Source of the DNA: a virus
Lineage: Duplodnaviria > Caudoviricetes
DNA length: 64,000 nt
Direction: 5' to 3' (one strand)
Virus record (IMG/VR): IMGVR_UViG_3300047157_000186
Shown here: piece by piece, positions 18,772-27,312 of the stretch
How positions within the stretch are numbered: position 1 is the first letter of the stretch
Layout: every line of letters begins with the position of its first letter
Notes under the pieces: generated by a model
Databases searched by the model: none
What the model was told of the DNA's origin: nothing
Seen by the model: the letters and a program-made list of their open reading frames with translations, nothing else
Made by a program: the position numbers and the translations under genes

Positions 18772-19683
18772 ATGGAAATGTTTAACAAAAAGGTTCTAGA
18801 TGAAAGAATTGGGCCTCTAAAGAAAAACACAAAATTAGAACCGCTTGAACAAGTAGAGCGATACGTTTTAAGAAAATGTAGAGAACTTGGATTAGAACAC
18901 AGTTATGATGTTATAGCAGAAGAAATGCCATACTTCAAAACAATGGGATATACAGAATATGCCACTTGTTTTTTACTGCAACCACTAAACCTTAAAATGA
19001 GAAGAGAACAAGTAGCCGACGCTTTAGCACATGATGTCGAACACGTTTCTGATTGGGTATCTTATTTTAGAGAAAACATAGAAAAAGACCAAGCTAATAA
19101 ATATCAAAAGCGCAACAAAGACTTCGACAGATATGAAGATAAAAGCACTTTGGTTATTTTACCAGGTTCAAATAAGCTTAAAGAAAACTGTTGTTTAAAT
19201 AAATTAATTGAAGTTGCTGATAAACACAAAGGTGATGTTTATTTTAAACCACATCCTATTACTACACATGCAGTCATAGGCGAAATTAAAGATTTATTTG
19301 GTGAAGAATCTATTTTACCTAGAGACATAGATCTTTATTACTTTTTACAAAAAGCTAAAACAGTATATAGCACACATATTAGTGAAAGCGCATTATATTC
19401 TGTTGTCCTTGAAAAAGAAGTTTATCCAATGGATGTGTGGAATAATATAAGTAGAGGATCTTTTTATACTATAAACTCCAGTCTTTATGATAATAAAGAA
19501 AGAGGCGCAGAATGGATTAATCAAGTATTTTCTAGTTACAAATCTGGAATTATAAATCCAGCTATTGATGAAGATTGGAAAGGTAAAGTAGATGATTACA
19601 TGAATTATATGTATGAAAAAAGAGAATATTACAAAGGTTGGTTTATAGACGCTCCACCTAAAGTTAAAAGAAATAAGAACTAA
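18772..19683 (+). CDS. capsule polysaccharide biosynthesis (KpsS/KpsC-like) GT-B protein
   Basis: VYFKPHP motif followed by LYYFLQKAKTVYSTHISESALYSVVLEKEV, the pattern of a GT-B C-terminal Rossmann domain. Confidence 0.5.
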   Translation: MEMFNKKVLDERIGPLKKNTKLEPLEQVERYVLRKCRELGLEHSYDVIAEEMPYFKTMGYTEYATCFLLQPLNLKMRREQVADALAHDVEHVSDWVSYFRENIEKDQANKYQKRNKDFDRYEDKSTLVILPGSNKLKENCCLNKLIEVADKHKGDVYFKPHPITTHAVIGEIKDLFGEESILPRDIDLYYFLQKAKTVYSTHISESALYSVVLEKEVYPMDVWNNISRGSFYTINSSLYDNKERGAEWINQVFSSYKSGIINPAIDEDWKGKVDDYMNYMYEKREYYKGWFIDAPPKVKRNKN

Positions 19684-19693
19684 ATTATAAATT

Positions 19694-19720
19694 AAACCTA
19701 CACTCGTGTGGGTTTTTTTT
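19694..19720 (+). terminator. Rho-independent terminator
   Basis: AAACCTACAC...GTGTGGGTTT plus a T-tract. Confidence 0.7.
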
Positions 19721-19732
19721 GCTACATTAATA

Positions 19733-20752
19733 ATGAGAATATTATTTTATGCGGGCTATCAAAAGAATAAATTTGATGGTGATACAAATGAAGGATTAGC
19801 AGGAACTGAAATTGCTATAATTAATATAGCCGAAGAGATGGTTAAATTTGGTTATAAGGTTGTGGTTTCTGGTGAAGTAAAAGATTCTGGTTTAATTAAT
19901 GGAGTAGAATGGATATCAACACATGAATTACATGAAAAATATTTTGATCAGTTTGATTATATTATATCTGCAAGTTATATTCATTTTTTAAAAGAGTTTG
20001 AAAAATATTCAGCAAAGAAAGTATTTTGGGCACATAATACACATCATCACCCATGGTGGAATCACGAAGTGTTAGAAGACGCAAACCTTTTAACACAACA
20101 AGTTGATCATACAATTTGTTTGACTAATTGGCATAAGAATCACTGGGCACATACATATAATATACCTTTAAATAAAATCTCGGTGATTGGTAATGCCATT
20201 GATCCTTCAACATTTAGTGGTACTCCTGAAAAAGTTAAAGGTAAATTCATATATAGTTCTGCACCCGAACGTGGCTTATTGGAATTATTAAAAAACTGGC
20301 CAAAGATAAAAACTATAATGCCACATGCAACACTAGACATTTATTCTCCTGGATATTCTATAGCAAATCATACTGACTATTCATTTAATAAGTTTAAAGA
20401 AGTAACATGTCACGGTAGTGTAGATCAAAAAACATTACATAATGCCATGCTACGTGCAGAATATTGGTGTTATATAACTGATTATGAAGAAACATATTGT
20501 ATAACTGCACTTGAAATGCAATATGCCAAAGTATTACCTATTGTTACTAAAGTTGCTGCATTAAAAGAAACTGTAAATAGTGGAGTTATCTTAGAAAGAA
20601 ATGAAACAAATTGGAATCAGGCTATACAAATACTAGGTACACTAAGTAGTGGACTTAAGGATAAATCAATTAATGATGCATATAAATGGTCTAAACAACA
20701 AACATGGAATGTTAGATCATATGATTGGAAAAACATATTAGAATCTATATGA
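19733..20752 (+). CDS. GT-B glycosyltransferase (GT4-like)
   Basis: FIYSSAPERGL and EETYCITALEMQ (E-x7-E); ATG 19733 preferred over GTG 19706, which lies inside the terminator. Confidence 0.85.
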   Translation: MRILFYAGYQKNKFDGDTNEGLAGTEIAIINIAEEMVKFGYKVVVSGEVKDSGLINGVEWISTHELHEKYFDQFDYIISASYIHFLKEFEKYSAKKVFWAHNTHHHPWWNHEVLEDANLLTQQVDHTICLTNWHKNHWAHTYNIPLNKISVIGNAIDPSTFSGTPEKVKGKFIYSSAPERGLLELLKNWPKIKTIMPHATLDIYSPGYSIANHTDYSFNKFKEVTCHGSVDQKTLHNAMLRAEYWCYITDYEETYCITALEMQYAKVLPIVTKVAALKETVNSGVILERNETNWNQAIQILGTLSSGLKDKSINDAYKWSKQQTWNVRSYDWKNILESI

Positions 20753-22083
20753 AAATAGATAAAATTTATATTATAAGCTTGAACGCTGGAGATCCAAGCA
20801 TTCAAAGAAGTATTGCCGAGAGGGTAGATCAACTTGGTATGCCATATTCTGTAGCGTGGGAAATAGTTCAAGGTTTTGATGGAACTTCAGGCAATTTATT
20901 AGATGGACACAGTGTATATAATTTATGGAATTTAGGATCTGATTCATGGAATGATTGGTGGAAAAGAGATGTTACTGGCGGAGAAGCAGGTTGTGCAATT
21001 AGTCACTTAAATATATGGAAAAATATAATAGAAGACAATATCAATTGTGCATTAATACTAGAAGATGATTTTGTTTCAGTAGCTCCACTTACAAATCCAG
21101 TTATTCCAAACACAGAATGGGATATTGCATTTTTAGGTAGAAATGCTATATGTCCTAAGGATGAAAAAAGAATTGATGTAAGTAATAAATGGGTAACAGC
21201 ACTTAGTAGTTATAATACACATGCATATGTAATTAAAAGAGACGCTGCGAAAACGCTAGTCAATGATTACAACTTTCAACAAAATCTAATTGCGCCCGAT
21301 GAATTCTTAACGGCAACATATACAGATCATAGAAGACAAGATATTAATATACTGTTTCCACCAAAACTTAAAGCGATAGCTCCAGTTAATAATTGGATAG
21401 AACAAAATAGACCACACGAAAAATCCACGACAGAACCAAATGATGCCAATATTAATTTATTGAAAAAACAACCTTATTTCGAAATACTAGATGACAGTGA
21501 TTGGGATTCATGGAAATCAAAGTATGTAAACGAAACAGTGGCTAAGGGTGAATATGATTTAATGATAGATGATATAGGAAATAATATATATGAATTTCCA
21601 TTATTTACCGAAAAGTTCTGTAAAGAAGCAGTTGCTTTAGCAGAGGTTATGAATAAGTGGACAAAAGATAGACATGAATTTTATCCAACAAATGATGTCT
21701 TATTACCAGAAATAGGATTAGATAATATTTATAATAGAGTTATAAAAGAAATAGTTTCCCCACTTTGTATACATTTATGGGAATTAGAAGGTGCAGGTTG
21801 GGATAATATGAATACCGAAAACTTTATGGTAAGATATACTACTGATAGACAATCTCATTTAAGTTTACATCATGACTTTAGTCATATTACAATGGTAGTA
21901 AAATTAAATGATGAGTTTGATGGTGGCGGCACGTGGTTTCCAAAATATAAAATATTAGCAAATCCAAAATTAGTAGGTACTGCAACTATTCACCCTGGAA
22001 TGATCACACATAAACATGGTGCCAGACCAATACATAGTGGGAAAAGATACATCAACGTATCATTTATGAGAAAGAATAATTAA
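20749..22083 (+). CDS. GT25-family glycosyltransferase fused to a PLOD-type 2OG-Fe(II) lysyl hydroxylase domain
   Basis: N-terminal IYIISLN, GEAGCAISHLNIWKNI, ALILEDD; C-terminal FMVRY...LHHDFS...GGGTWF...HPGMITHKHG...RYINVSF; ATGA overlap with the upstream gene. Confidence 0.85.
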   Translation: MKIDKIYIISLNAGDPSIQRSIAERVDQLGMPYSVAWEIVQGFDGTSGNLLDGHSVYNLWNLGSDSWNDWWKRDVTGGEAGCAISHLNIWKNIIEDNINCALILEDDFVSVAPLTNPVIPNTEWDIAFLGRNAICPKDEKRIDVSNKWVTALSSYNTHAYVIKRDAAKTLVNDYNFQQNLIAPDEFLTATYTDHRRQDINILFPPKLKAIAPVNNWIEQNRPHEKSTTEPNDANINLLKKQPYFEILDDSDWDSWKSKYVNETVAKGEYDLMIDDIGNNIYEFPLFTEKFCKEAVALAEVMNKWTKDRHEFYPTNDVLLPEIGLDNIYNRVIKEIVSPLCIHLWELEGAGWDNMNTENFMVRYTTDRQSHLSLHHDFSHITMVVKLNDEFDGGGTWFPKYKILANPKLVGTATIHPGMITHKHGARPIHSGKRYINVSFMRKNN

Positions 22084-22097
22084 CAAAACAAAACAAT

Positions 22098-22526
22098 ATG
22101 AAAAAAGAGATTACGTTTAACGAGATCATTGGAGATGACGGGCATTTAGTGTCACCTGTCTTAAAAAATGGCGCTAAGAATTATTTAATTGATATTGACG
22201 GTACAATTACTGATGATGTACCAAATGAAGAACCAGAAAGAATGTCAGTAGTTTTACCATATACTGGTGCTGTAGAAACACTTAACAGATGGTTTGACGA
22301 AGGACATGTAGTTACATTCTTTACATCAAGAACCGAAGAAGTTAGAGATATCACAGAAACTTGGCTAAATAAACATGGTTTTAAATATCATGGTCTATTA
22401 ATGGGTAAACCAAGAGGTGGAAATTATCATTGGGTTGATAACCACATTGTCAAGGGTACAAGATATGAAGGTAAGTGGGCAGATTTAGTTAGAGAAGAAA
22501 GAACGATAGAAGTGTTTCCTTCGTAG
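22098..22526 (+). CDS. HAD-superfamily phosphatase (capless)
   Basis: LIDIDGT motif I, FFTSR motif II, MGKP and DN motifs. Confidence 0.8.
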   Translation: MKKEITFNEIIGDDGHLVSPVLKNGAKNYLIDIDGTITDDVPNEEPERMSVVLPYTGAVETLNRWFDEGHVVTFFTSRTEEVRDITETWLNKHGFKYHGLLMGKPRGGNYHWVDNHIVKGTRYEGKWADLVREERTIEVFPS

Positions 22527-22537
22527 ATATATATTAA

Positions 22538-23470
22538 ATGAGAAGCATATACACATTTGAAGATTTTCTTTTAGAAGCTGATGAAACTGATCAGCTTAAA
22601 AAAATCTGTATCGCAGTTTCTGTAGAAATGCCAGATAATAAGTATGTATATGATTCTAAATATAACGTCTCTAAGGTATTTGAATTATTAGATAAAAATA
22701 AAAAAGCAGAACCTTCTGAAACACCAGTTCTTAATTATGCCAATTGGAAAATTGAGAAAATGATAAAAGACGGATGGGATTCTAAATTTATTTATAATTC
22801 AATTGAAGCTAAACAAAGAGTTTCTTCCAAAGTAAAATGGTGCAAAACTCATGAAGAATCTGAGCATACACCTAAAGTAGTTTTTGATAAATCAAATTTA
22901 AAAGAACTTAAATATCCTATCATAGCTAAACCAGATAATAGATATAGTGGACAGGGTATTATGGTTTTTAAAGAAGAAAAGGATTTAGAAGGTGTTGATT
23001 TAGATCAGTTTTCAGTTTTCTCAGAAAAGATAAATATCGTAGATGAACTTAGAATTTATTGTTGGAAAGGAAAACCTTTGATGCTAGTACATAGAGTGCC
23101 TGCAAATGAAGAAACAAAAAATCTATCTAAAAAAGCAGATGATAAACTGGTATTTAATTACGAATTATCAAAGTCACCTATAACAGAAAATTTAGTTAGT
23201 GTTGTTGAAGAATTTTCAAAAGAACATAATGATTTAGATTTTTATTCGGTAGATATTGTTATAGATGATAAAGATCATCCTTATGTTATTGAAATGTCAT
23301 CAGAACCTGGACCAGTTTTCGGTGTTATGGGACATGTATATAAAGAAATGTATAAGGACTATTATGGAGAAGATGTTTCGGATAAAACTAATAAAATAAT
23401 TGACGCTTATATAGAAGAGGACATTAATACAACGATTGCTTCAGATGAATCTAGATTCAAAAGAAGATAA
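22538..23470 (+). CDS. ATP-grasp (RimK-like) ligase with N-terminal leader motif
   Basis: YPIIAKPDNRYSGQGIMV, ELRIY, FYSVDIV...PYVIEMSSEPG; N-terminus MRSIYTFEDFLLE. Confidence 0.75.
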   Translation: MRSIYTFEDFLLEADETDQLKKICIAVSVEMPDNKYVYDSKYNVSKVFELLDKNKKAEPSETPVLNYANWKIEKMIKDGWDSKFIYNSIEAKQRVSSKVKWCKTHEESEHTPKVVFDKSNLKELKYPIIAKPDNRYSGQGIMVFKEEKDLEGVDLDQFSVFSEKINIVDELRIYCWKGKPLMLVHRVPANEETKNLSKKADDKLVFNYELSKSPITENLVSVVEEFSKEHNDLDFYSVDIVIDDKDHPYVIEMSSEPGPVFGVMGHVYKEMYKDYYGEDVSDKTNKIIDAYIEEDINTTIASDESRFKRR

Positions 23471-23515
23471 ATCGAATAAATAAAAAGATAAATAGAAAGA
23501 ATTAAAAATAGAATT

Positions 23516-23758
23516 ATGGCAGAACCTAATATGAACTGTATGATTATTAATGTGTGGATACATCACATGCAAATAGATGAACTATTCGATTTCTTGAATA
23601 TGAGAATAGATCGTGCACCATTTTATTGGTTAAATGAAGCATCAGTGCCTACATCAATCACGGGTGGTTATGTTATGATTTCGTTAACTTATGATTCTTA
23701 TTCTCATTTATCTTCTAACAGAAACTGGGACGAAGCTCCTGGTTGGATAAAACAATAA
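23516..23758 (+). CDS. hypothetical protein
   Basis: Open ORF with GATAAATA at 23487-23494 upstream. Confidence 0.65.
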   Translation: MAEPNMNCMIINVWIHHMQIDELFDFLNMRIDRAPFYWLNEASVPTSITGGYVMISLTYDSYSHLSSNRNWDEAPGWIKQ

Positions 23759-23759
23759 T

Positions 23760-23870
23760 ATGAAAAAACAAACAAACATGAAAGCGTTTCTTTTAAATTA
23801 TAAAGGAACGAAGTACAAAGCGAACACCCTTATTGGTGTTATTTGGAAGTTTATTACTAAGAAGAAATAA
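23760..23870 (+). CDS. small basic hypothetical protein (36 aa; not in the ORF track)
   Basis: ATG 1 nt after the previous stop; MKKQTNMKAFLLNYKGTKYKANTLIGVIWKFITKKK; ends just before a terminator. Confidence 0.4.
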   Translation: MKKQTNMKAFLLNYKGTKYKANTLIGVIWKFITKKK

Positions 23871-23896
23871 ACAAATCCTAAAAAGAGAGTATAAAG

Positions 23897-23924
23897 AACG
23901 TCTAGATTAATCTAGGCGTTTTTT
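23897..23924 (+). terminator. Rho-independent terminator
   Basis: AACGTCTAGAT-TA-ATCTAGGCGTT plus a T-tract. Confidence 0.7.
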
Positions 23925-23941
23925 AGGATTAAAACAAATAT

Positions 23942-24685
23942 ATGTATACACTAAGCGAACTTCAACAGATGATCTTCATTGACATCGAAACTAGTACACA
24001 AAAAGAAACATTCCAGGAGATCATAGATGATAACCCTGCTCTTGAAGAGTATTGGAATATAAAATCTACGCAACTTATTGAAAGTCAGCCAGAAACTCTT
24101 AAAGACTTTACTGATCCACATAAAATGTGGTCTCGTATGGCAGGACTTTATCCAGAATGGGGTAAAATAGTTTGTATTTCTGTAGGTCAATTAAAGTTTG
24201 ATGAGACTGGATTTCCTAATGACTTTAAAGCAATGTCATTTAGTGGAACAGATGAGGCTCAGGTTCTTAAAGACTTTTCACAAACTGCTGCCAAGATTAT
24301 GCAGAAATATCCTAAAATGAAATGGGTCGGCCATAATATTAAAGGATTTGATTTACCTTATATTATTAAGAGATCATTAATCAATGAGATACAGGTTCCT
24401 TCTGCATTTCATTTACACAAACAAAAACCATGGGAAAACTGTTTACTAGACACACAAGATGTTTGGAAATTTGGCGGATGGAACTCTGCTAAATTAGGTT
24501 TAATTTCAGAACTCTTAGGTATTCCATCTCCTAAAGATGCAATGTCAGGTCCAGAAGTAAATGAATATTATTGGAACGATAGGTTAGAAGAAATAAAAAC
24601 ATATTGTGAAAAAGATATTCAAGCGACCGCTAACATTATGTTAAAAATGAGTGGTATGCCAATTATAGAAGCTCTTCCATTTTAA
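23942..24685 (+). CDS. PolB-type 3'-5' exonuclease (DEDD), standalone
   Basis: IFIDIET (ExoI), VGHNIKGFDLPYI (ExoII), YCEKDI (ExoIII). Confidence 0.85.
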   Translation: MYTLSELQQMIFIDIETSTQKETFQEIIDDNPALEEYWNIKSTQLIESQPETLKDFTDPHKMWSRMAGLYPEWGKIVCISVGQLKFDETGFPNDFKAMSFSGTDEAQVLKDFSQTAAKIMQKYPKMKWVGHNIKGFDLPYIIKRSLINEIQVPSAFHLHKQKPWENCLLDTQDVWKFGGWNSAKLGLISELLGIPSPKDAMSGPEVNEYYWNDRLEEIKTYCEKDIQATANIMLKMSGMPIIEALPF

Positions 24686-24808
24686 AATGACAACATGTCA
24701 TTTAATTTGTAAAATATATGACACTAAGTCTTAATGCTTAGTTTGGTATAATATTTTCAGTATACTATACGAGCACGTTGCTCAAATAATTATAAAAAAA
24801 ATTAAACT

Positions 24809-25168
24809 ATGTTTTACACAACAAACGACCACATTGACAACATTTTCAGGGGAATACAAGAACCTCTATGGAAAACTGGAAAATTAATAAGCGATCATCT
24901 TACTGATTTTCATTACGAAGACGGAGTATTTACTATGGCACTTCCTGGATTTTCTAAAAAAGATTTAGACATTGAAATGGAAGGATCTACATTAAAGATC
25001 TCTGCAGACATTAAAGAAAAAGATGAAACGCTATATAAGAAATCATTTGAAAAGAAATTTAGAGCATCTAATATTGATGTTGAAAGTGTTACAGCAAACA
25101 TGTCAGACGGTATCCTAACTATTATGTTAGATAAGAAAGTTAATCCAAAGAAGATTAAAGTAATATAA
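24809..25168 (+). CDS. small heat shock protein (Hsp20 / alpha-crystallin domain)
   Basis: MALPGFSKKDLDIE...SFEKKF...VTANMSDGILTI. Confidence 0.9.
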   Translation: MFYTTNDHIDNIFRGIQEPLWKTGKLISDHLTDFHYEDGVFTMALPGFSKKDLDIEMEGSTLKISADIKEKDETLYKKSFEKKFRASNIDVESVTANMSDGILTIMLDKKVNPKKIKVI

Positions 25169-25170
25169 TT

Positions 25171-25195
25171 AAAGCGGCTTATGCCGCTTTTTTTT
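25171..25195 (+). terminator. Rho-independent terminator
   Basis: AAAGCGGC-TTAT-GCCGCTTT-TTTTT. Confidence 0.9.
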
Positions 25196-25210
25196 GAAAA
25201 TAAATCACCC

Positions 25211-25258
25211 AGATTTTTTTATGTCATTTATTTGTGGTATATTAGCAGTATAATTAAA
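25211..25258 (+). promoter_or_regulatory. 48-bp conserved early-promoter-like element, copy 1
   Basis: AGATTTTTTTATGTCATTTATTTGTGGTATATTAGCAGTATAATTAAA, 10 nt before an ATG; near-identical copies at 30116, 31151 and 31830. Confidence 0.8.
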
Positions 25259-25268
25259 CACATAAGAT

Positions 25269-25463
25269 ATGATAAATTTAGATTACGCTAAGATTAGCGA
25301 CGTAGAAGTAGACGGAATAGACACCGCAGATTATCCAGATTTTTGTGATGCATTTATTGCATACGCAGAATATGATGGTAAAGAAATGACAGATGAACAA
25401 TTAGATGCGTTAAACGAAGACGGCGATTTTGTTTATGAAGCTGTACAAAATTATTTATTTTAA
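25269..25463 (+). CDS. acidic hypothetical phage protein
   Basis: Open ORF directly behind promoter copy 1; DGIDTADYPDFCDAFI. Confidence 0.75.
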   Translation: MINLDYAKISDVEVDGIDTADYPDFCDAFIAYAEYDGKEMTDEQLDALNEDGDFVYEAVQNYLF

Positions 25464-25473
25464 TATATAATAC

Positions 25474-25785
25474 ATGAAAGAAGACGATTTCAATTTTGAT
25501 GAATTTATGGAAAATAGCAATAGTGATTTCGAAATGAAACTTGAAGAATACAAGGATCGTATGATTCGATTAGCTATTGAAACTAATTATGCACAAATAG
25601 AAAAGAACGGTATTAATGATTGGCATCTTAGGCATATGGATCCTGCAGAATTAATTTCATTAAACGGAACTTTTAAAATGATGCTTGATTATTTTGAAGA
25701 AAATGAAGAGTACGAGAAGTGTGCTAATATCATGAAACAATTAAATACTATAGATTCTATTATGTCTCCAAAGCGAGATATATAA
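25474..25785 (+). CDS. hypothetical protein with C-terminal UVR-like helical motif
   Basis: MLDYFEENEEYEKCANIMK; paralogous motif in 27049 and 27605. Confidence 0.7.
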   Translation: MKEDDFNFDEFMENSNSDFEMKLEEYKDRMIRLAIETNYAQIEKNGINDWHLRHMDPAELISLNGTFKMMLDYFEENEEYEKCANIMKQLNTIDSIMSPKRDI

Positions 25786-25788
25786 AGT

Positions 25789-26046
25789 ATGAAGTATATA
25801 AAATTATTTGAAGAGGATAGGGTAGATCTTAAAAACGAAAATCCTCTTTTAATTAAAATAAGGCATTTTGGTGGAAGTGTTAAAAGCCTAGATGATTGGT
25901 TACGATCAAAGATAGGTGAAACAAATCCGTACAAAGACACTATAATGGTAAACGGTCCACATATGGGAAAGAAAGATAAATCTTTGCCATATCAAGATTT
26001 CCAAAATGGAGAATCGGATTTAGTAAAGAATAATCATGGAAGATAA
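25789..26046 (+). CDS. hypothetical protein with MKYIKLFEE leader
   Basis: Shared N-terminal motif; GATATATA at 25777-25784 upstream. Confidence 0.7.
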   Translation: MKYIKLFEEDRVDLKNENPLLIKIRHFGGSVKSLDDWLRSKIGETNPYKDTIMVNGPHMGKKDKSLPYQDFQNGESDLVKNNHGR

Positions 26047-26266
26047 AATAGCAAAAGAAATAGCGGTTCAATTAAAAAGAATAGCAGACGCATTAGAAAA
26101 ATCTAATAAAAATTCAGAAACATCTGAAAAAAGAAATGCTGTTATTGGTAAACTTCAAGAAAAAAATCTAAAAGCAGATCTAAGAGAAAAACTTAATTTA
26201 GATCAAGCAGATTACACGCCACATCCTAATTCTCCTAGATTTAAAACAGATGATGGATCCTTATAG
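26036..26266 (+). CDS. hypothetical protein
   Basis: Open ORF overlapping both neighbours in operon fashion. Confidence 0.65.
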   Translation: MEDKIAKEIAVQLKRIADALEKSNKNSETSEKRNAVIGKLQEKNLKADLREKLNLDQADYTPHPNSPRFKTDDGSL

Positions 26267-27056
26267 TGTATTAGGTGTCGATAAAACATCTTCACAAGAT
26301 GACATTAAAAAAGCATATAGGAAACTAGCCAAAGAATATCATCCTGATAAAAACGATGGCAATGACGAAAGATTTAAAGAGATTGCTGACGCTTATGAAA
26401 AAATAGGCGATGATTCTTCGAGGCAAAAATATGACTCAGCTTCTAACTTTCAAAATTTTAACGGATTTGGTGATGGAAATATTAACATGTCAGATCTTTT
26501 TGATCAAGTATTTGGTAATGCATTTGGATCCAGACAATCATCTAAGGGCCAAGATTTAAGATTAGATTTACATTTAAGTTTTGATGAAGCTTACGCTGGA
26601 ACTTCTAAAAAGTTTGCAGTTAATGGTCAAGATATTAAAGTTGATTTTAAAGCTGGACTTAAAACAGGAATGAAACTAAGAGTCGCAGGAAAGGGACAAC
26701 CTCATCAATATAATTCTACACTACCAAACGGCGATCTAATTATTCACATACATGTGATGCATAATAGTAATTGGATTTTACAAGACAATGATATTTGGTT
26801 AGATTTAAATTTATCATGGGAAGATATATTTTTAGGAACTAAAATAAATGTAAATACACCTGAAGGTCCACTTTATATTAATGTACCTAAGAATAGTTAT
26901 CCTGGAAAAGTTCTTAGAATCAGAGATCGAGGATATCCAATATATGGCACCGAAAAAAAAGGTGCACTTTTATGTAAATTAAATGCTTCTTATTTTGAAC
27001 TTAATTCCGAACAACTGGAATATATAAAGAAAGTAAAGAGCATAAAAGATGAATGA
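26250..27056 (+). CDS. dnaJ: DnaJ-class chaperone lacking the zinc finger (CbpA-like)
   Basis: DPYSVLGV...IKKAYRKLAKEYHPDKN J-domain, G/F-rich linker and C-terminal substrate-binding domain (GDLIIHI, LRIRDRGYP). Confidence 0.9.
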   Translation: MMDPYSVLGVDKTSSQDDIKKAYRKLAKEYHPDKNDGNDERFKEIADAYEKIGDDSSRQKYDSASNFQNFNGFGDGNINMSDLFDQVFGNAFGSRQSSKGQDLRLDLHLSFDEAYAGTSKKFAVNGQDIKVDFKAGLKTGMKLRVAGKGQPHQYNSTLPNGDLIIHIHVMHNSNWILQDNDIWLDLNLSWEDIFLGTKINVNTPEGPLYINVPKNSYPGKVLRIRDRGYPIYGTEKKGALLCKLNASYFELNSEQLEYIKKVKSIKDE

Positions 27057-27312
27057 TTACACATTTAGCGACGATAGTAAAAAATGGTTTAGAATATTCG
27101 ATGGACTCATAGTTAATAATGAGGACATGTTTTTCAATGCATTGTATATGGCCATCACACATCATCCAACTTATGTAATTGCTTCAGATTTAGAAGACGA
27201 GCGCAAGATCACTATTTTAGGTGCAATGTTAAAGCACTTTGAAGAAAAAGAAGAATTCGAAAAATGCGCCAGTATTTATAACATTAAAAAACAGATTAAA
27301 ACAATATGCTAA
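27049..27312 (+). CDS. hypothetical protein with C-terminal UVR-like motif
   Basis: MLKHFEEKEEFEKCASIYNIK. Confidence 0.7.
   Translation: MNDYTFSDDSKKWFRIFDGLIVNNEDMFFNALYMAITHHPTYVIASDLEDERKITILGAMLKHFEEKEEFEKCASIYNIKKQIKTIC

Noticed and set aside
19706-19732. GTG start for the GT4-like gene; similar over-extended track starts at 20725, 29568, 31537, 33181, 36619 and 45001
   Set aside because: They overlap terminators or upstream genes; downstream ATGs give tight coupling and typical A-rich leaders.
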